From the NCBI RefSeq assembly GCF_006345805.1, contig NW_021831985.1, positions 263,300 through 327,299 on the forward strand: 64,000 bases of DNA, read 5' to 3'. Below are positions 40,925 through 53,479 of this stretch, piece after piece. Positions within the stretch are counted from its first letter, which is position 1. The number at the start of each line of letters is the position of its first letter. The translations under genes were made by a program, and so were the position numbers. The notes under the pieces were generated by a model that made no database searches, was not told the origin of the DNA, and saw only the letters and a list, made by a program, of their open reading frames with translations. This DNA is from Octopus sinensis (Eukaryota).

Positions 40925-41320
40925 TTTCTACTCTAGGGACAAGGCCCGAAATTTTGGGGGAGGGTGCCAGTCGATTAGATCGACTCCAGTAGGCAACTGG
41001 TACTTAATTTATCGATTCCCAAAAGGATGAAAGGCATAGTCGACCTCGGCGGAATTTGAACTCAGAACGTAGCGGCAGACGAAATACCTATTTCTTTACT
41101 ACCCCCAAGGGGCTAAATACAGAGAGGACAAACAAGGACAGACAAACGGACCAAGTCGATTATATCGACCCCAGTGCGTAACTGGTACTTATTTAATCGA
41201 CCCCGAATGGATGAAAGGCAAAGTCGACCTCGGCGGAATTTGAACTCAGAACGTAACGGCAAACGAAATACCGCTAAGCATTTCGCCCGGCATGCTAACG
41301 ATTCTGCCAGCTCGCCGCCT
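40925..41320 (-). mobile_element. S2 SINE dimer
   Basis: Same AAAGAAATA|GGTATTTCGTC junction at about 41088; 3' unit has the older tail type. Confidence 0.85.
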
Positions 41321-42314
41321 TTAATCTATGACAGAAGTGTACGACCACTAGTATAGATATATATTTAGTAAGTTATGACAGAAGACGTGTATTAGCATTA
41401 ATATAAAAAGATAATAGTTTACGTCATAACACGAGACGTATGTTAACGCAGATATGGAGAGGTATTACAGAAGAGATTTATCTCCTTATCACTTGTCTCT
41501 CTATCGCTAGTAACTCTATCATTCATTTCTTTATCAAATCTTCTTTCAATCAGTCATCTCTCTCTTCATTCTGTCACTCATCTCTCTGTCAGTCGTCACT
41601 CATTCATTCATACGTTACTTATCACTCTATTACTTTTCCTGTCATTAATCACTCGAACTTTCATATCTCTATCACTCATCACTCATCTCTCCACCATTCG
41701 TCTCTATCACTCAACACTCTGTCACTCATCTCTCTCTGTTACTTATACCTCTCGTGTAACGAAGGACGTTACTGGACCTACAAGGACGTACTAACGTTGA
41801 TATAAAGAGGTATTACAGTGAAATATAGAACTGCGAAATACTTATGAGAAGACCACGTACCAACACAGTTATAAAGTGATACCACAGAATATGGACATAT
41901 ACTAAAATATATGAGGAGAGAGTGCAGCAACTTAAGTAATAGAAAACATGTAGTAACACAGCTGTAAAAAGATATTACAACAGAAAATACAATAGGTGAT
42001 ATGTATTAAGATATAGAGAGAGGTGTCGCAGTAGAAGAAGCATCAGAAAACTTGTATTAATACAAATATAGAGATATCACGATGGAATATTTTACAGAAT
42101 ATATCTACCAACATCTACACAGAGATAGAGAGATGTTTCAACCGAAGATATAATAGAAAATCCGATGTACTACGACAGACAAAGAGAAATATTGTAGTAG
42201 AAGATATATGACAATGAGTAGAAAAGATAAATGGGAATCATTTGAAATCACCATTAGTTTAATTTCTACATGCACCATGTGTTGATATCTCTCACAAATG
42301 GCCCAGGGTTTTAA

Positions 42315-42707
42315 TCTCTCTATATATAAAGCTGAAGTTGTTTGTGTATGGCAGGTTTGGTAGCCTTCAACTAACACTATCTCCTCCGAGACCCCGCAGC
42401 GCAAGTTGACCAAAATTAAGAGTATGATAGAAGAAGACTTACTCTTCCTTCCGTAGAAGAAAAAAATTCAAATCGAACCATGTTAACACCAAAAATTATT
42501 TACATCAAAAAGGTGCTTTTTTTCTATGAAAATCCCTATTTTTTACGATTTTTTGATTGCTGTGTCGCCATTTTTCGGTGTGTTTCAACCAGAAAAATGT
42601 TCACTTAAAGAGAATAATAAGCTACATAATGCAAAATATTTACTTTTCAAAAATTCCAATTCTAAAGGGTCGAAACAAATCCGAGCAACAGAGGGCAATA
42701 CTGCTAG
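42315..42707 (+). mobile_element. Non-autonomous Helitron type B
   Basis: A|TCTCTCTATATATAAAGCTG start; CTAG|T end. Confidence 0.8.
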
Positions 42708-42732
42708 TGAGATAATAAAATGGATTTCTTAA

Positions 42733-42913
42733 CCTCTTGCCTGTTGTCGTCTATGCATCTTATATGATACACATTTCAAATTTTTTTTCAGCCGCCAGAT
42801 TAACTTGAGACGTATGGAGAAAAGCTTTATATTACTCACAACGTATGAAAAGTCGAAAAATAAACATGGATGTTTAGGAAAGACTTATGAAAGTCCTTTG
42901 GACCGGCAAGGGG
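42733..42913. mobile_element. piggyBac-like MITE
   Basis: TTAA on both sides; TIR CCTCTTGCCTGT / ACCGGCAAGGGG. Confidence 0.65.
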
Positions 42914-42921
42914 TTAATTAC

Positions 42922-43162
42922 TCTTTACTCTTTACTCTTTTATTTGATTCAGTCATTTGACTACGGCCATGCTGGAGCACCGTCGTTAGTCGAGCAAATC
43001 GACCCCAGGACTTATTCTTTGTAAGCCTAGTACTTATTCTATCGGTTTCTTTTGCCGAACCGCTAAGTTACGGGGACGTAAACACACCAACATCGGCTGT
43101 CAAACGATGTTGGGGGACAAACACAGACACACAAACACACACACACACACACACACATTAAT

Positions 43163-43196
<34 letters not shown>

Positions 43197-43241
43197 ATAT
43201 ACGACGGGCTTCTTTCAGTTTCCGTCAGCCAAATCCTCTCA
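42922..43241 (-). mobile_element. S1 SINE, headless
   Basis: Family match; inner part mirrors 44165-44390. Confidence 0.8.
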
Positions 43242-43262
43242 AAAATATAACTATTGCATGAA

Positions 43263-43655
43263 CTAGCAGTATCGCCCGGCGTTGCTCGGGTTTGTTTCCA
43301 CCCCTTAGAATTGGAATTTTTTGAAAAGTAAAAATTTCGCATTATGTAGCTTGTTATTCTCTTTAAGTGAACATTTTTCTGGTTGAAATACACCAAAAAA
43401 TGGCGACACAGCAGTCAAAAAATCGTAAAACATAGGGATTTTCATTGAAAAAAAAGCACCATTTTTATGTAAATAATTTTTGGTGTTAACGTTGTCCGAT
43501 TTGAATATTTTCTTCTACGAAAGGAAGAGCAAGTCTTCTTCTATCATGCTCTCAAGTTTGGTCAACTTGCGCCGCTGGGTCTCGGAGGAGATAGTGTTAG
43601 TTGAAGGCTACCAAACCTGCCATACACAGAAAACTTCAACTTTATATAGAGAGAG
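43263..43655 (-). mobile_element. Non-autonomous Helitron type B
   Basis: Family match; hairpin plus CTAG end. Confidence 0.8.
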
Positions 43656-44044
43656 ATATCGCCAAAACTTGCAGATACGATGTGTAATGATTGCTGGTGG
43701 CACATTGTGAAGGTAGTTTTTACTTGTTCTTTCTAATTTTTTTCTGTTGTCATGCCACTGTCACCTGTCTATGTTGGTTGAATACGGATAAGTTGATTTC
43801 TACTAGGTGTTTTCACATATGTCTTCAAGATATCGATTCCTAGGCATCACTTTCTTATCTTAGAACTGAGCTTGTACTCCAATAATCTCTGTAACAGGAA
43901 ATTTGCACAACTCCCATCAGAAAAAAAGCATTCCAAAAATCTCTTCCAATGATTTAACGAAGGTGTCGTTGCCCTTCTGAAGCGTACGTTTTGTAGTATC
44001 GCTCACTGAGACACAAAAAGAAAAAAAAGAAAATCGCGAAAATA

Positions 44045-44212
44045 GGCGCAGGAGTGGCTGTGTGGTAAGTAGCTTGCTTACCAACCACATGGTTCTGGGT
44101 TCAGTCCCACTTCGTGGCACGTTGGGTAAGTGTCTTCTACTATAGCCTCGGGCCGACCAAAGCCTTGTGAGAGGATTTGGCTGACGGAAACTGAAAGAAG
44201 CCCGTCGTATAT

Positions 44213-44281
<69 letters not shown>

Positions 44282-44510
44282 ATATATATATATTAATGTG
44301 TGTGTGTGTGTGTGTTTGTGTGTCTGTCCCCCAACATCGTTTGACAGCCGATGTTGGTGTGTTTACGTCCCCGTAACTTAGCGGTTCGGCATTAGAGACC
44401 GATAGAATAAGTACTAGGCTCACAAAGAATAAGTCCTGGGGTCGATTTGGTCGACTAAAGGCGGTGCTCCAGCATGGCCACAGTCAAATGACTGAAACAA
44501 GTGAAGAGAG
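44045..44510 (+). mobile_element. S1 SINE, full length
   Basis: Family match. Confidence 0.85.
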
Positions 44511-44617
44511 AAAAGATTAAAATATTGAAAATACTCAACGGGCTATGTTTTTTTTAGTTCAAAGGTTACGTGGGAGCCATATCAATAACGAAATCATAGA
44601 TTTAATGATCAAATACG

Positions 44618-44795
44618 TGAGAGAAAGTTGTGGTGAAAGAGTACAGCAGGGATCACCACCATCCCCTGCCGGAGCCTCGTGGAGCTTTTAGGTGTTTTCA
44701 CTCAATAAACACTCACAACGCCCGGTCTGGGAATCGAAACCGCGATCCTATGACCCCGAGTCCGCTGCCCTAACCACTGGGCCATTGCGCTTCCA
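44618..44795 (-). mobile_element. S3 SINE 5' half
   Basis: Family match. Confidence 0.8.
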
Positions 44796-45007
44796 CTAGG
44801 TGATCAATATACTTCAGTAAGAATAGGTAAATCCCAATATCACGCATAACGCTGGTGGACACTGAAATATCTCTCTGCTTAGTTCCTGTTTTGACGGCCC
44901 CAACCAACAATAACCGAATTGCAGTCACGTGCGGTTCAGGACTTTGTATTACACACACACATGGAACTGAACACGGTATCAGATATTAGAACACGGTATC
45001 AGATATA

Positions 45008-45238
45008 AAGGCGGCGAGCTGGCAGAAACGTTAACACGCCGGGCGAAATGCTTAGCGGTATTTCGTCTGCGTTACGTTGTGAGTTCAAATTCCGCCGAGG
45101 TCGACTTTGCCTTTCATCTTTTCGGGGTCGATAAATTAAGTACCAGTTACGCACTGGGGTCGATGTAATCGACTTAATACCTATGTCTGTCCTTGTTGTC
45201 CCCTCTGTGTTTAGCCCCTTGTGGGTAATAAAGAAATA
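45008..45238 (+). mobile_element. S2 SINE, full length
   Basis: 12-bp TSD GGTATCAGATAT at 44995-45006 and 45239-45250. Confidence 0.9.
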
Positions 45239-45656
45239 GGTATCAGATATTAGATACATTCGATATTTATTACACGTGTTGTTAAATACGCTTCTGGTAT
45301 TAAATTTACTCAGTATTAAACAGTATTAAACAGACATTCGTTACTAAGCTTCCTTGCTCTTAAGTATATTTGCTATTAAGCATACTTAATATTAAACACG
45401 CGTTGTTTTGAACTCATAAGTTATTAAATATAATAGTTATTAAACATACTTGCTCTTTTGATATCAAACCGCCTGAGACCACTCTTGATTTTATGGTACA
45501 GACTTCCTGTTTTGAACGTGATCTAAATTAAAGATTGAATCAAGTTGATACAAATACTACAAAGCATTCTTATCCGATGCTCAAATGACTCTGTTAGTTT
45601 GCCATTCTGGCTATTATTTAGGCTAGAAAAATAATGTTAAACTAAGAGAAGTTGTA

Positions 45657-45945
45657 GTGGAGGTGCAATGGCCCAGTGGTTAGGGCAGCGGACTCGCGGT
45701 CGAAGGACCGGGCGTTGTGTGTGTTTATCGAGCGAAAACACCTAAAGCTCCACGAAACTCCGGCAGGGGGTGTTGACGACCTCTGTTGTACTCTTTCGCC
45801 CCAACTTTCTCTCATTCTTTCTTCCTGTTTCTTGGGTAACGCTGCGATGGACTGGCGTCCCGTCCAGCTGGGGAGAACACATACGCCACAGAAGCCGGGA
45901 AACCGGGCCCATGAGCCTGGATGGCTAGGCTTGAAAAGGGCGAGA
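45657..45945 (+). mobile_element. SINE with an S3 head and an S4-type tail
   Basis: Head matches 49150; tail matches about 1160-1250. Confidence 0.7.
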
Positions 45946-46064
45946 AAAGAAAAAAAAACAAAGAAAGAGAAGTTGTATAGTGAGGTTAACTAACACCATA
46001 TCATCATGGGAAATGTAAACCTAGAACTGATGGTGATGACGACAACTACAGCGACTACGGGTAT

Positions 46065-46332
46065 ATATGTGTGTGTGTGTGTGTGTGTGTCTGTGTGTGT
46101 GTCTGTGTGTGTTTGTGTGTCTGTGTTTGTCCCCCCCAACATCGTTTGACAGCCGATGTTGGTGTGTTTACGTCCCCGTAACTTAGCGGTTCGGCATTAG
46201 AGACCGATAGAATAAGTACTAGGCTCACAAAGAATAAGTCCTGGGGTCGATTTGGTCGACTAAAGGCGGTGCTCCAGCATGGCCACAGTCAAATGACTGA
46301 AACAAGTGAAGAGAGAAAAGATTAAAATATTG
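46065..46332 (+). repeat. S1 3' half plus flank, duplicate of 44328-44527
   Basis: 200 bp with no visible difference. Confidence 0.9.
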
Positions 46333-46462
46333 TGGGATGGTGGGAGATTCTAGAAAACAATAAATAGATTTTAATTTAACCAAACAAATATTGATTTAGA
46401 AGAGTCAAACAAGTTCAGTTTGTGTGGAATCTAATACTTTGTACTGCGCATGGCCTTTGGCT

Positions 46463-46465
<3 letters not shown>

Positions 46466-46548
<83 letters not shown>
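46466..46548. repeat. (GA)n microsatellite; a second tract lies at about 46735-46822
   Basis: Direct reading. Confidence 0.95.
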
Positions 46549-46551
<3 letters not shown>

Positions 46552-46769
46552 GCCCTATTGTTATTTTACATAAAGAATAAGGGTGTGGAATTCTATATTC
46601 TCTTCTTAGAACTCATATCTCTAACACTTCCGGAACTCTCTCTTATGGACCAATTATTTTGGACCGTACCCTGTTCTTTTTTTTAAATGGAATATAAATA
46701 CGCCCGTTTAGAGCATCATTTAAGACCCACTGAGGAAAGAGAGAGAGAGAGAGAGAGACAGAGAGAGAC

Positions 46770-46826
<57 letters not shown>

Positions 46827-47171
46827 TTAACAAGTTAATGAGAGGAGAAATTACGAAAAGAATCACAGAAATTATGAAAACAAAAGCAAGGAAAATCATT
46901 AGTCTTTCAGGTCGTATTAATTATTTCACTTGAAAAATTTTGGTAGATTATGTGCCAATTTTGGTAGATTATGTATCAAGAATCATGGAATTTTTTTTAG
47001 GTGTTACCCCAAAACTATTCGAGGAAAATGAAATTACCCCAGATTTCGAAACAAACAAAATGATATGAATTGTTTTTAGAATTGCTTCAAAAGGGTTTTT
47101 AAAAATTCATAAATGGAGAAAGTGCTTACTAGATCAATTAGTATCAGGAAATAATGAGAAATCAGTATATA

Positions 47172-47548
47172 CACTTGCGTCAGAAATTAATTAGCACTTC
47201 TCAAATTTCTACATTAAATAGGTTAAATCAATTAACCTATGAGCTGTTCAAAACGTCTTACGCGATGAGAAAACTTAGTATGGTGTGATTTCGGTCCTTG
47301 CGAGGCGCTACCTATATCTATTAAACAAAGGAAGATTAGTCTGCATCCGCACTCCAAGTTGTTGCACTGCTATGTCAACATCATAAGGCTGTAGACTCTC
47401 AAACTGCTCTGCAAACAAAGTTACGTCATCGTTCTGCGCAACAGTGAACTCGCAACAAAGCAAAAGTTCGAGATATGGCCACTAGGTGACAGCACATACC
47501 TTGAGTGAAGAGCAAATCAAGGGTGCTAATTAATTTCTGACGGTAGTG
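47172..47548. mobile_element. Tc1/mariner-type MITE
   Basis: TA TSD; 26-bp TIR CACTTGCGTCAGAAATTAATTAGCAC with 2 mismatches. Confidence 0.8.
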
Positions 47549-47889
47549 TATACTAACATAAACGTGCAGGCATGGATTTGTGATTTAAAAGATCACTTTC
47601 CCTACTACGTGGGCCCGTTAATACAATAATATGAGCCGGGATTAGAAATATTAATTTGAAATTAATACGAAGTTCATACAATTTCTCGTGGGTGGTAATC
47701 ATGCAGAACACTATTTTATTATTATTAGAAATCTGCAGCTTTATTTAAACTGTCACTTATTAAATAGATATATTAATGATATTTTTTGGCTAATCACTAA
47801 CGTTTTGAATTGGAAGAGAGAAATACAACATAGTTGTAGTAAGGTGTAAACTATCTCAAGATCGAATTCTTGGTGCGTTGTGCTGGCTT

Positions 47890-48165
47890 GTGAAAATATA
47901 AAAAAAAAAAAAGAAATGTTTCCTTCTCAAGCCATGCCAGGCTCATAAGGGCCGCTTTCCCGGTTTCAGTGGCGTATAAATTTCCTACCTGAACGGGACG
48001 CCTATCCGTCGCAGGATTACTCATTTTTGGCAGCTGAGTGGATTGGAGCAACATGAAATGAAATGTTTTGCTCAAGAACACAACACATCACTCGGTCCAG
48101 GAATCGAAACTACAATCTTACGATTATGAATCCAGCACCCTAACCACTAAGCCACGCACCTCCAC
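47890..48165 (-). mobile_element. S4 SINE
   Basis: Homologous to 1015-1250. Confidence 0.7.
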
Positions 48166-48684
48166 GATGGCTTGTGTGCCTGAGAGTTATGCTAATGGAG
48201 TACATGCTCCTGGTAGAGCCTCTCACGCTGGAAATTTCAAAGGACTCTGTCACCTCTATCACCTCTTCCTTGAGGTAAAATGGATTTGTTTAGGTTCAGC
48301 AAAACCTACATAGAAAAAAAATCAAAATTATAGAAGAATCGATGACAAATCATAACAAACAGGGACTAGGAAAAGGGCGTCTTCCCTTAGAGAAACGTAT
48401 GACGTGGGGGTAGAAAGATCCAAAAGGAAGCCACAAGAAGCAGGAATCTAACTGGAAAGAAGCAAAAAAAAAAGACAGTCGATAATCGAGAAGAATGGAG
48501 TCAAGCTTTTGAAGGCTTGTGCTTGATGGGGAGTGAAATATTTAAATAATGTGTAAAGTGTGTGACGTTGAAATGCCAGCTCACAAAACCAAATTGTATG
48601 CACACAGAAAGTATGTTTCTTCAGTTATACATGTAACAATAGTGCTGTAATAAATTCGGAATTGGCAACAGACTCTCTCTCTCT

Positions 48685-49087
48685 CTCTTTACTCTTTTAC
48701 TTGTTTCAGTCATTTGACTGCGGCCATGCTGGAGCACCGCCTTTAATCGAGCAACTCGACCCCGGGACTTATTCTTTTTTTTTTTTTTTTTGTAAGCTCA
48801 GTACTTATTCTATCGGTCTCTTTTGCCGAACCGCTAGGTAACGGGGACATAAACACACCAACATCGGTTGTCAAGCAATACTAGGGGGACAAACACAGAC
48901 ACACATACATACATATATATACATATATACGACAGGCTTCTTTCAGTTTCCGTCTACCAAATCCACTCACAAGGCATTGGTCGGCCCGGGGCTATAGCAG
49001 AAGACACTTGCCCAAGATGCCACGCAGTGGGACTGAACCCGGAATCATGTGGTTGGTTAGCAAGCTACTTACCACATAGCCACTCCT
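48685..49087 (-). mobile_element. S1 SINE
   Basis: Family match. Confidence 0.85.
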
Positions 49088-49149
49088 AGATGCATTAAAA
49101 ACCATTAAAGTAGTTTTTATTTTAGTAGCAAAGTATATAGAATCCCAGG

Positions 49150-49533
49150 CGGAGGTGCAATGGCCCAGTGGTTAGGGCAGCGGACTCGCGGTCGTAGGAT
49201 CACGGTTTCGATTCCCAGACCGGACGTTGTGAGTGTTTATTGAGCGAAAACACCTAAAGCTCCACGAGGCTCCGGCAGGGGATGGTGGTGATCCCTGCTG
49301 TACTCTTTCACCACAACTTTCTCTCACTCTTACTTCCTGTTTCTGTTGTACCTGTATTTCAAAGGGCCGGCCTTGTCACTCTCTGTGTCACGCTGAATAT
49401 CCCCGAGAACTACGTTAAGGGTACACGTGTCTGTGGAGTGCTCAGCCACTTGCACGTTAATTTCACGAGCAGGCTGTTCCGTTGATCGGATCAACCGGAA
49501 CCCTCGTCGTCGTAACCGACGGAGTGCTTCCAC
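49150..49533 (+). mobile_element. S3 SINE, full length
   Basis: Family match. Confidence 0.85.
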
Positions 49534-49780
49534 ATATAGAATCCCCATCGGTCGATGTTGATTATGTATTTGTTCATGTATGCGCTTAACTGGCCAAGAT
49601 TTTTTTTTGAGGATGACTTGCAGTTGTCGATGGCATATACAAGTTTGCTCTTGTTGCAACACCAATGTTTATCCAAGGGAAAGGTCAATGGTTTGATCGA
49701 TAAACTACGGTACCAGTGTCGTCGTCGCAGGCGTTGCTGTTAGAACTTTGGTGTTAAAGAACGGAAATGGATATAGAGAG

Positions 49781-49924
49781 AATACCAAACGAGTTCCCTA
49801 TGGATACCGTATTTATTACAACTCGTGGCTTGTAAACGTATCTAACGAGCGAAAGCGAGTTAGATACGTTTACAAGCCGCGAGTTGTAATAAATACGGTA
49901 TCCATAGGGAATGAGTTTGGTATT
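49781..49924. mobile_element. Palindromic hairpin element with 66-bp arms; possibly a Crypton-like non-autonomous element
   Basis: Arms 49781-49846 and 49859-49924 with a GAGCGAAAGCGA centre; family assignment is from memory of similar invertebrate palindromes. Confidence 0.55.
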
Positions 49925-50020
49925 TTATTTATTACACACGAATAAACGACCATATTTTATTAACCCAATAACTAAATTCTTCACGTTTAGTTGTAACTTA
50001 TGAATGACAAAAGTAGTGCC

Positions 50021-50124
50021 GTCACCGTGACCTCGGGTCATCACCATGAATTGACCAATCAGAAGCAACGCTGTCACCGTGACCTCGGGTCATCACCATG
50101 GATTGACCAATCAGAAGCAGCGCT
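50021..50124. repeat. 52-bp tandem duplication containing TGACCTCGGGTCA and TTGACCAATCAG
   Basis: GTCACCGTGACC at 50021 and 50073. Confidence 0.9.
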
Positions 50125-51036
50125 CGCAGTATCTGATATATGTTAGATACCAAAAATATCTCGAAGTGTTCTCACTCACATGTGTGTAATAACGCATGAT
50201 ATCTTGCTTGAATTTCTAACAGTCCAGTCAAACCGTTTCCTTGCTTTTTTTAAAGTACACTTTCAAAAGAATGAATGCTAAAAGAAAAAAAAAGAAAAAA
50301 GAAAAAAAGAAGTCGACCGCGGTAGGATTTGAAATCCAAGCGAATACAGGCGGAACAAATACCGCGGAATATTCTACCCAACGTCCCTGCCAATATGTTG
50401 AAAGAATTAGCTAGCAAAATCAGAATTTTAATTAGTGGGATTTATATATTTCTTTATTATATATATTTCGTTATAATTAGTAATATTTATATATGTCATA
50501 TAAAGTATTCGTAGCATCGAGTGATCATTTAGGGGAATTTATTAATAAAGAAATTACTTCCTCATTAATTTCAGCTAACTTTAAACTTCATAGAACAAAA
50601 TGTATAGCAGTCTCTACTACTATAGCCTCGGGCCGGCCAAAGCCTTTTGAGTGGATTTGGTAGACGAAAGCTGAAAGAAGCCCGTCATATATATATGTGT
50701 GTGTGTGTGTATGTTTATGTGTCTGTGTTTGTCCCCCCACCCATCGCTTGACAAGCGATGCCGGTGTGTTCACGTGTGCACAAAGCTTGAAATTTTGGTA
50801 GGAGCTAGTAGATTACATCAACCGAAGTGTTCAACTGATACTTATTTTACCAACACCATAAGAATGAAAAACAAAGTCAACCTGGGAGCAACCTGAGGGG
50901 AAAAAAGCGTCGCTGTCTTTAATCAACGGATACTGTGTGTGAAAATTATCTAAGTGCTTGTGATAGATATAACAATAAACGATAAAAGAGTATTGTGTCA
51001 TAGTTTTTAGGGTAAAACTGTGCTAGAAAAATATCG

Positions 51037-52340
51037 CAGGAGTGGCTGTGTGGTAAGTGGCTTGCTTACCAACCACATGGTCCCGGGTTTAGTCCCACAG
51101 CATGGCACCTTGGGTAAGTGTCTTCTACTATAGCTTCGGGATCTTTTCAATTCTGAAGCCAGTTTTTTCAAATTTTTCCTACTGAACCAAACAATTTGAA
51201 ACTTCGTATACTGGTAGAATGTGTAAAAAGTAAACTTAATTGTAAACCAGAATGAAAACGGAATTGTAACTTCTAAGTTTAACGTTGTTTAATAATTAGA
51301 ATTTTAACCAATGATATTCCGTCATTCGGCTTTATTTTATTTACTCCGTCTCGACCACCAATTTGGTGACGTATTAAACATCTTAAATGTAAACAAGCCG
51401 CATGTCTCCGTGAAATCTCCTTCTAATTATTTAACGTACTCATGTTTCCAGGATCCTATAGTCAGCCACCTTCTAATAACAATATTTAAAACTAGTTAAT
51501 AAGCCACATGTATTAAATTGAAAATGTTTCCATTCTGTTAGTACTTGCTTTCGTTTGCTATTAAGAAGTGGCATCTCAGTGACGAGGCTTCTAACAAGAT
51601 TTCGTTTCTAAGCTAATGCGTTTCATTTCACTTATTGTATTTATTTGTGCAAAAGGCAAGAAATTTAATATTAAAAAAGCAAAGAGCTGGCAGAAACGTT
51701 AGCACGCCGGGCGAAATGCGTAGCCGTATTTCGTCTGCCGTTACGTTCTTTGTTTGTTTACAGTTTTCCGAACGTTAGTACGTCACAAAAGCGCTTTCTA
51801 CGTCACACTAATAGAATGCAGTCACGTTTTACACATGAAAACAAACAATCTGATTGGTTAAAATTCGCAGTTTTAATCTACTATTAAAGTCATAAAATAG
51901 ATTTTTCTCAAATAAACTAGTTCCAACCTGTGTCTTGTTTTGCTAGACTCTATCAGCATACGAAGTTTCAGAATATTTAGTTAAGTAGAAAGATCTGTGG
52001 TCCTGGCTTCAGAATTGAAAAGATCCTAGCTTCGAGCCCACCAAAGCCTTGTGAATGGATTTGGTAGACAGAAACTGAAAGAAGCCCATCTTATATATGT
52101 ATATATGTATGTATGTGTGTGTATGTGTTTGTGTGTCTGTGTTTGTCCCACCAACATCGCTTGACAATCGATGCTGGTGTATTTACGTCCCCGTAACTTA
52201 GCGGTTCGGCAAAAGAGACCGCTAGAATAAGTACTAGGCTTACAAAGAATAAATCCTGCGGTCGATTTGCTTGACTAAAGGCGGTGCTCCAGAATGGCCA
52301 CAGTCAAATGACTGGAACAAGTAAAAGAGTAAAAGAGTAC
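51037..52340 (+). mobile_element. S1 SINE split by an 888-bp DNA transposon
   Basis: Head 51037-51138; remainder 52027-52340. Confidence 0.85.
51139..52026. mobile_element. Non-autonomous DNA transposon, Merlin-like
   Basis: Perfect 8-bp TSD TAGCTTCG (51131-38, 52027-34); perfect 24-bp TIR GGATCTTTTCAATTCTGAAGCCAG; S2 head fragment inside. Confidence 0.85.
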
Positions 52341-53229
52341 AGAGTAAAGCGTATGTTGCATCAAGTCAGAAAAAGTTGTTGGGTGATGCGAGAATTGCTT
52401 CAAATGTAGGCACAAGGTCGGCATTTCAGAGAGGATGGATTTGGTCGATTGATTCGAGCTCAGTCCTTGGCTGATAGTCAAATCAGAGATCTCCTCACAG
52501 GCTGGGGAAACCTGCTGCTAGTACCATGTAAGCCAGTACTACCTCTTCCATGATCGAGTGGTCGGCGACTAAGCTGGTTCCTCCACATGCTACCCTTGTG
52601 AGAAAGGTGGCCGGACATCCAGTAGGATTAAAAACAAAAACTCTTGAAAGGTGAATGAGCCATTTACATTTGGAGTTGAAATCTCGCTGAGGCCAATTTT
52701 AAATCCTCTCATTCTGGAATCGACATAATGAAGTACCAACAAAGTATGGATACTCGATTCCAGCAAATGTAGACTTCCACAACCAAATATGAAATTTTCC
52801 GCCTATGTCAAATATCTATAACAGATTGGCAGTATTAACAAAGTTGGGATCGTCAGATGACATGCTTTACGATATTTAGTTATCTCTCTTTGAGTTCTAA
52901 ATCCCACCCTCTCTCGGTTTGATTTGCGTTTCAACATTCCGGTGCAAGTTACATACCAGTTTCGAATCAATATGAGAAAATCAGAACGAATTGATGCTGG
53001 GAGAGCTCACGCTCAATCGAGAATTCTTTCGATGTAGTTCCATCAACGCGCTGCAGAAGCGTACGATACATGACGACGAGTCCTTGGCTAGTACTTTACT
53101 TCACTGATACCGCAGTGATGAAAGGCAAAGTTGAAACCGGTGGTAAAGTAAAGCTTCATAAGACATACCGGAGGACATTTTGTCCGGGATGCTAATGATT
53201 CTGCCAAATCACCGCCCTAGATTTCAGAA

Positions 53230-53435
53230 TTGATATTCTTTTCTGCACGAGGCCTGAAATTTTAGAGGAGGTAACTAGTATTTACATCGACCCCAGTGTT
53301 CAGCTGGTATATTTTATCGACCTCGAAAGGATGAAAGGTAAAGTCGACCTTGATGGAATTTCAACTCAGAAGGAAAGGACGAAATGTTGCTAAGCATTTT
53401 GTCCGGCGTGCTAACAATTCTGTCAGATCGCCTCT
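53230..53435 (-). mobile_element. Older S2-type SINE
   Basis: Diverged family match. Confidence 0.65.
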
Positions 53436-53479
53436 TCCTTATATTTGAGAATTAAGTCTAAAAGAAGGGTTTTTTTGCT

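Noticed and set aside
41440-41805. 121-aa Ser/His-rich ORF
   Set aside because: It derives from low-complexity TCA/TCTC sequence.
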